Below, piece by piece: positions 63,544 through 64,000 of a stretch of 64,000 bases of DNA; the stretch's first letter is position 1, and every line of letters starts with the position of its first letter. The notes under the pieces are model-generated. The model was not told where the DNA came from. It did not search any database and worked only from the letters and a program-made list of their open reading frames with translations. Position numbers and translations under genes: made by a program. The stretch comes from Vicinamibacterales bacterium (GTDB lineage: Bacteria; Acidobacteriota; Vicinamibacteria; Vicinamibacterales; CAZQMT01). The stretch covers positions 1,668,464 to 1,732,463 of the forward strand of contig CBDAOD010000002.1 in assembly GCA_965197935.1 (NCBI GenBank), in the 5' to 3' direction.

Positions 63544-64000
63544 TCACTCGATGGCGAAACAGTAGAAGAGGGCGTCTCCACCCGTCGACCGGAAGTCTTC
63601 CTGGCTGCAGCCCTGCGACTCGTGGGCGGAGTTCCACGAGTTCCCATGCTCACCTCCGCCCTCGCGGTCGTGGTGGCCGAGCATGGTCGTGTCCTCACCG
63701 GCGCTGGTCCAGTTGCTGCAGTTCGCGCCGATCGCCGCGGTGCCGTCGGGCAGCGAGCCCGTGAGGATGTCGTGGCGGTTGGGGTCGTCGCCGCGGCCGT
63801 TGACGATCGCGCCCTTCTCGTCGAGCGCCATCTCCTTGGTCAGCCTGTTCTGGGTGTGCAGATCCGCCACACCGCGGGCGATCAGGAGCCCCTGGGCATT
63901 GAACCAGGGCCCCGTGCCGATCCGGTCGCCAGCGTTGACCAGGGGCTGTCCCTGGAAGCTCGTGCTGAGGTAGGCTCGCCAGGGGCGGTCGCCCGCTCCG
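63544..64000 (-). CDS. Lectin/endostatin-like exported protein (5'-partial)
   Basis: WRAYLST...DRIG.GPW.NA.G...NGRGD.PN.HDILTGS...C.NWTS...GHHDR...SWNSAH.S.GC...FYCFA. Confidence 0.75.
   Translation of the reverse strand, partial: GAGDRPWRAYLSTSFQGQPLVNAGDRIGTGPWFNAQGLLIARGVADLHTQNRLTKEMALDEKGAIVNGRGDDPNRHDILTGSLPDGTAAIGANCSNWTSAGEDTTMLGHHDREGGGEHGNSWNSAHESQGCSQEDFRSTGGDALFYCFAIE

Noticed and set aside
1-64000. CRISPR array, tRNA or rRNA genes
   Set aside because: No regularly spaced repeats, cas genes, cloverleafs or rRNA-like sequence were found by eye.

Overview
High-GC bacterial window whose gene content points to Acidobacteriota, probably Vicinamibacteria (inference): DUF5916 proteins, Ser/Thr kinase-TM-TPR receptors, a DUF1592/DUF1552/ankyrin operon and many exported peptidases. 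In order it holds: an IS21 end truncating a DUF5916 gene; a sigma54 QseEFG/GlrKR-like system facing an ompA-metzincin operon; a debris-rich accessory region (7-13 kb) with IS701 and a DUF6916/tail-collar/GNAT module; a peptidase/amidohydrolase block; a type III PKS; an IS256 inside an FMN-reductase gene, itself carrying a nested 158-bp IS200/IS605-type element; a receptor kinase pair; a TonB receptor; and a PSCyt cytochrome operon. About ten genes have single-base frameshifts, several in G/C runs and probably sequencing errors. Best candidates for undescribed biology: (1) a pseudokinase-kinase receptor plus a kinase-dead paralogue, divergent from a large secreted repeat protein; (2) a structured ~270-nt RNA unit with a perfect 14-nt complement of the 16S 3' end and a 14-codon ORF; (3) the tail-collar/GNAT/DUF6916 module; (4) the nested IS605-type element, whose potential guide would target IS256 ends. 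No rRNA, tRNA or CRISPR array was seen. Family assignments are from motif recognition, not database searches.
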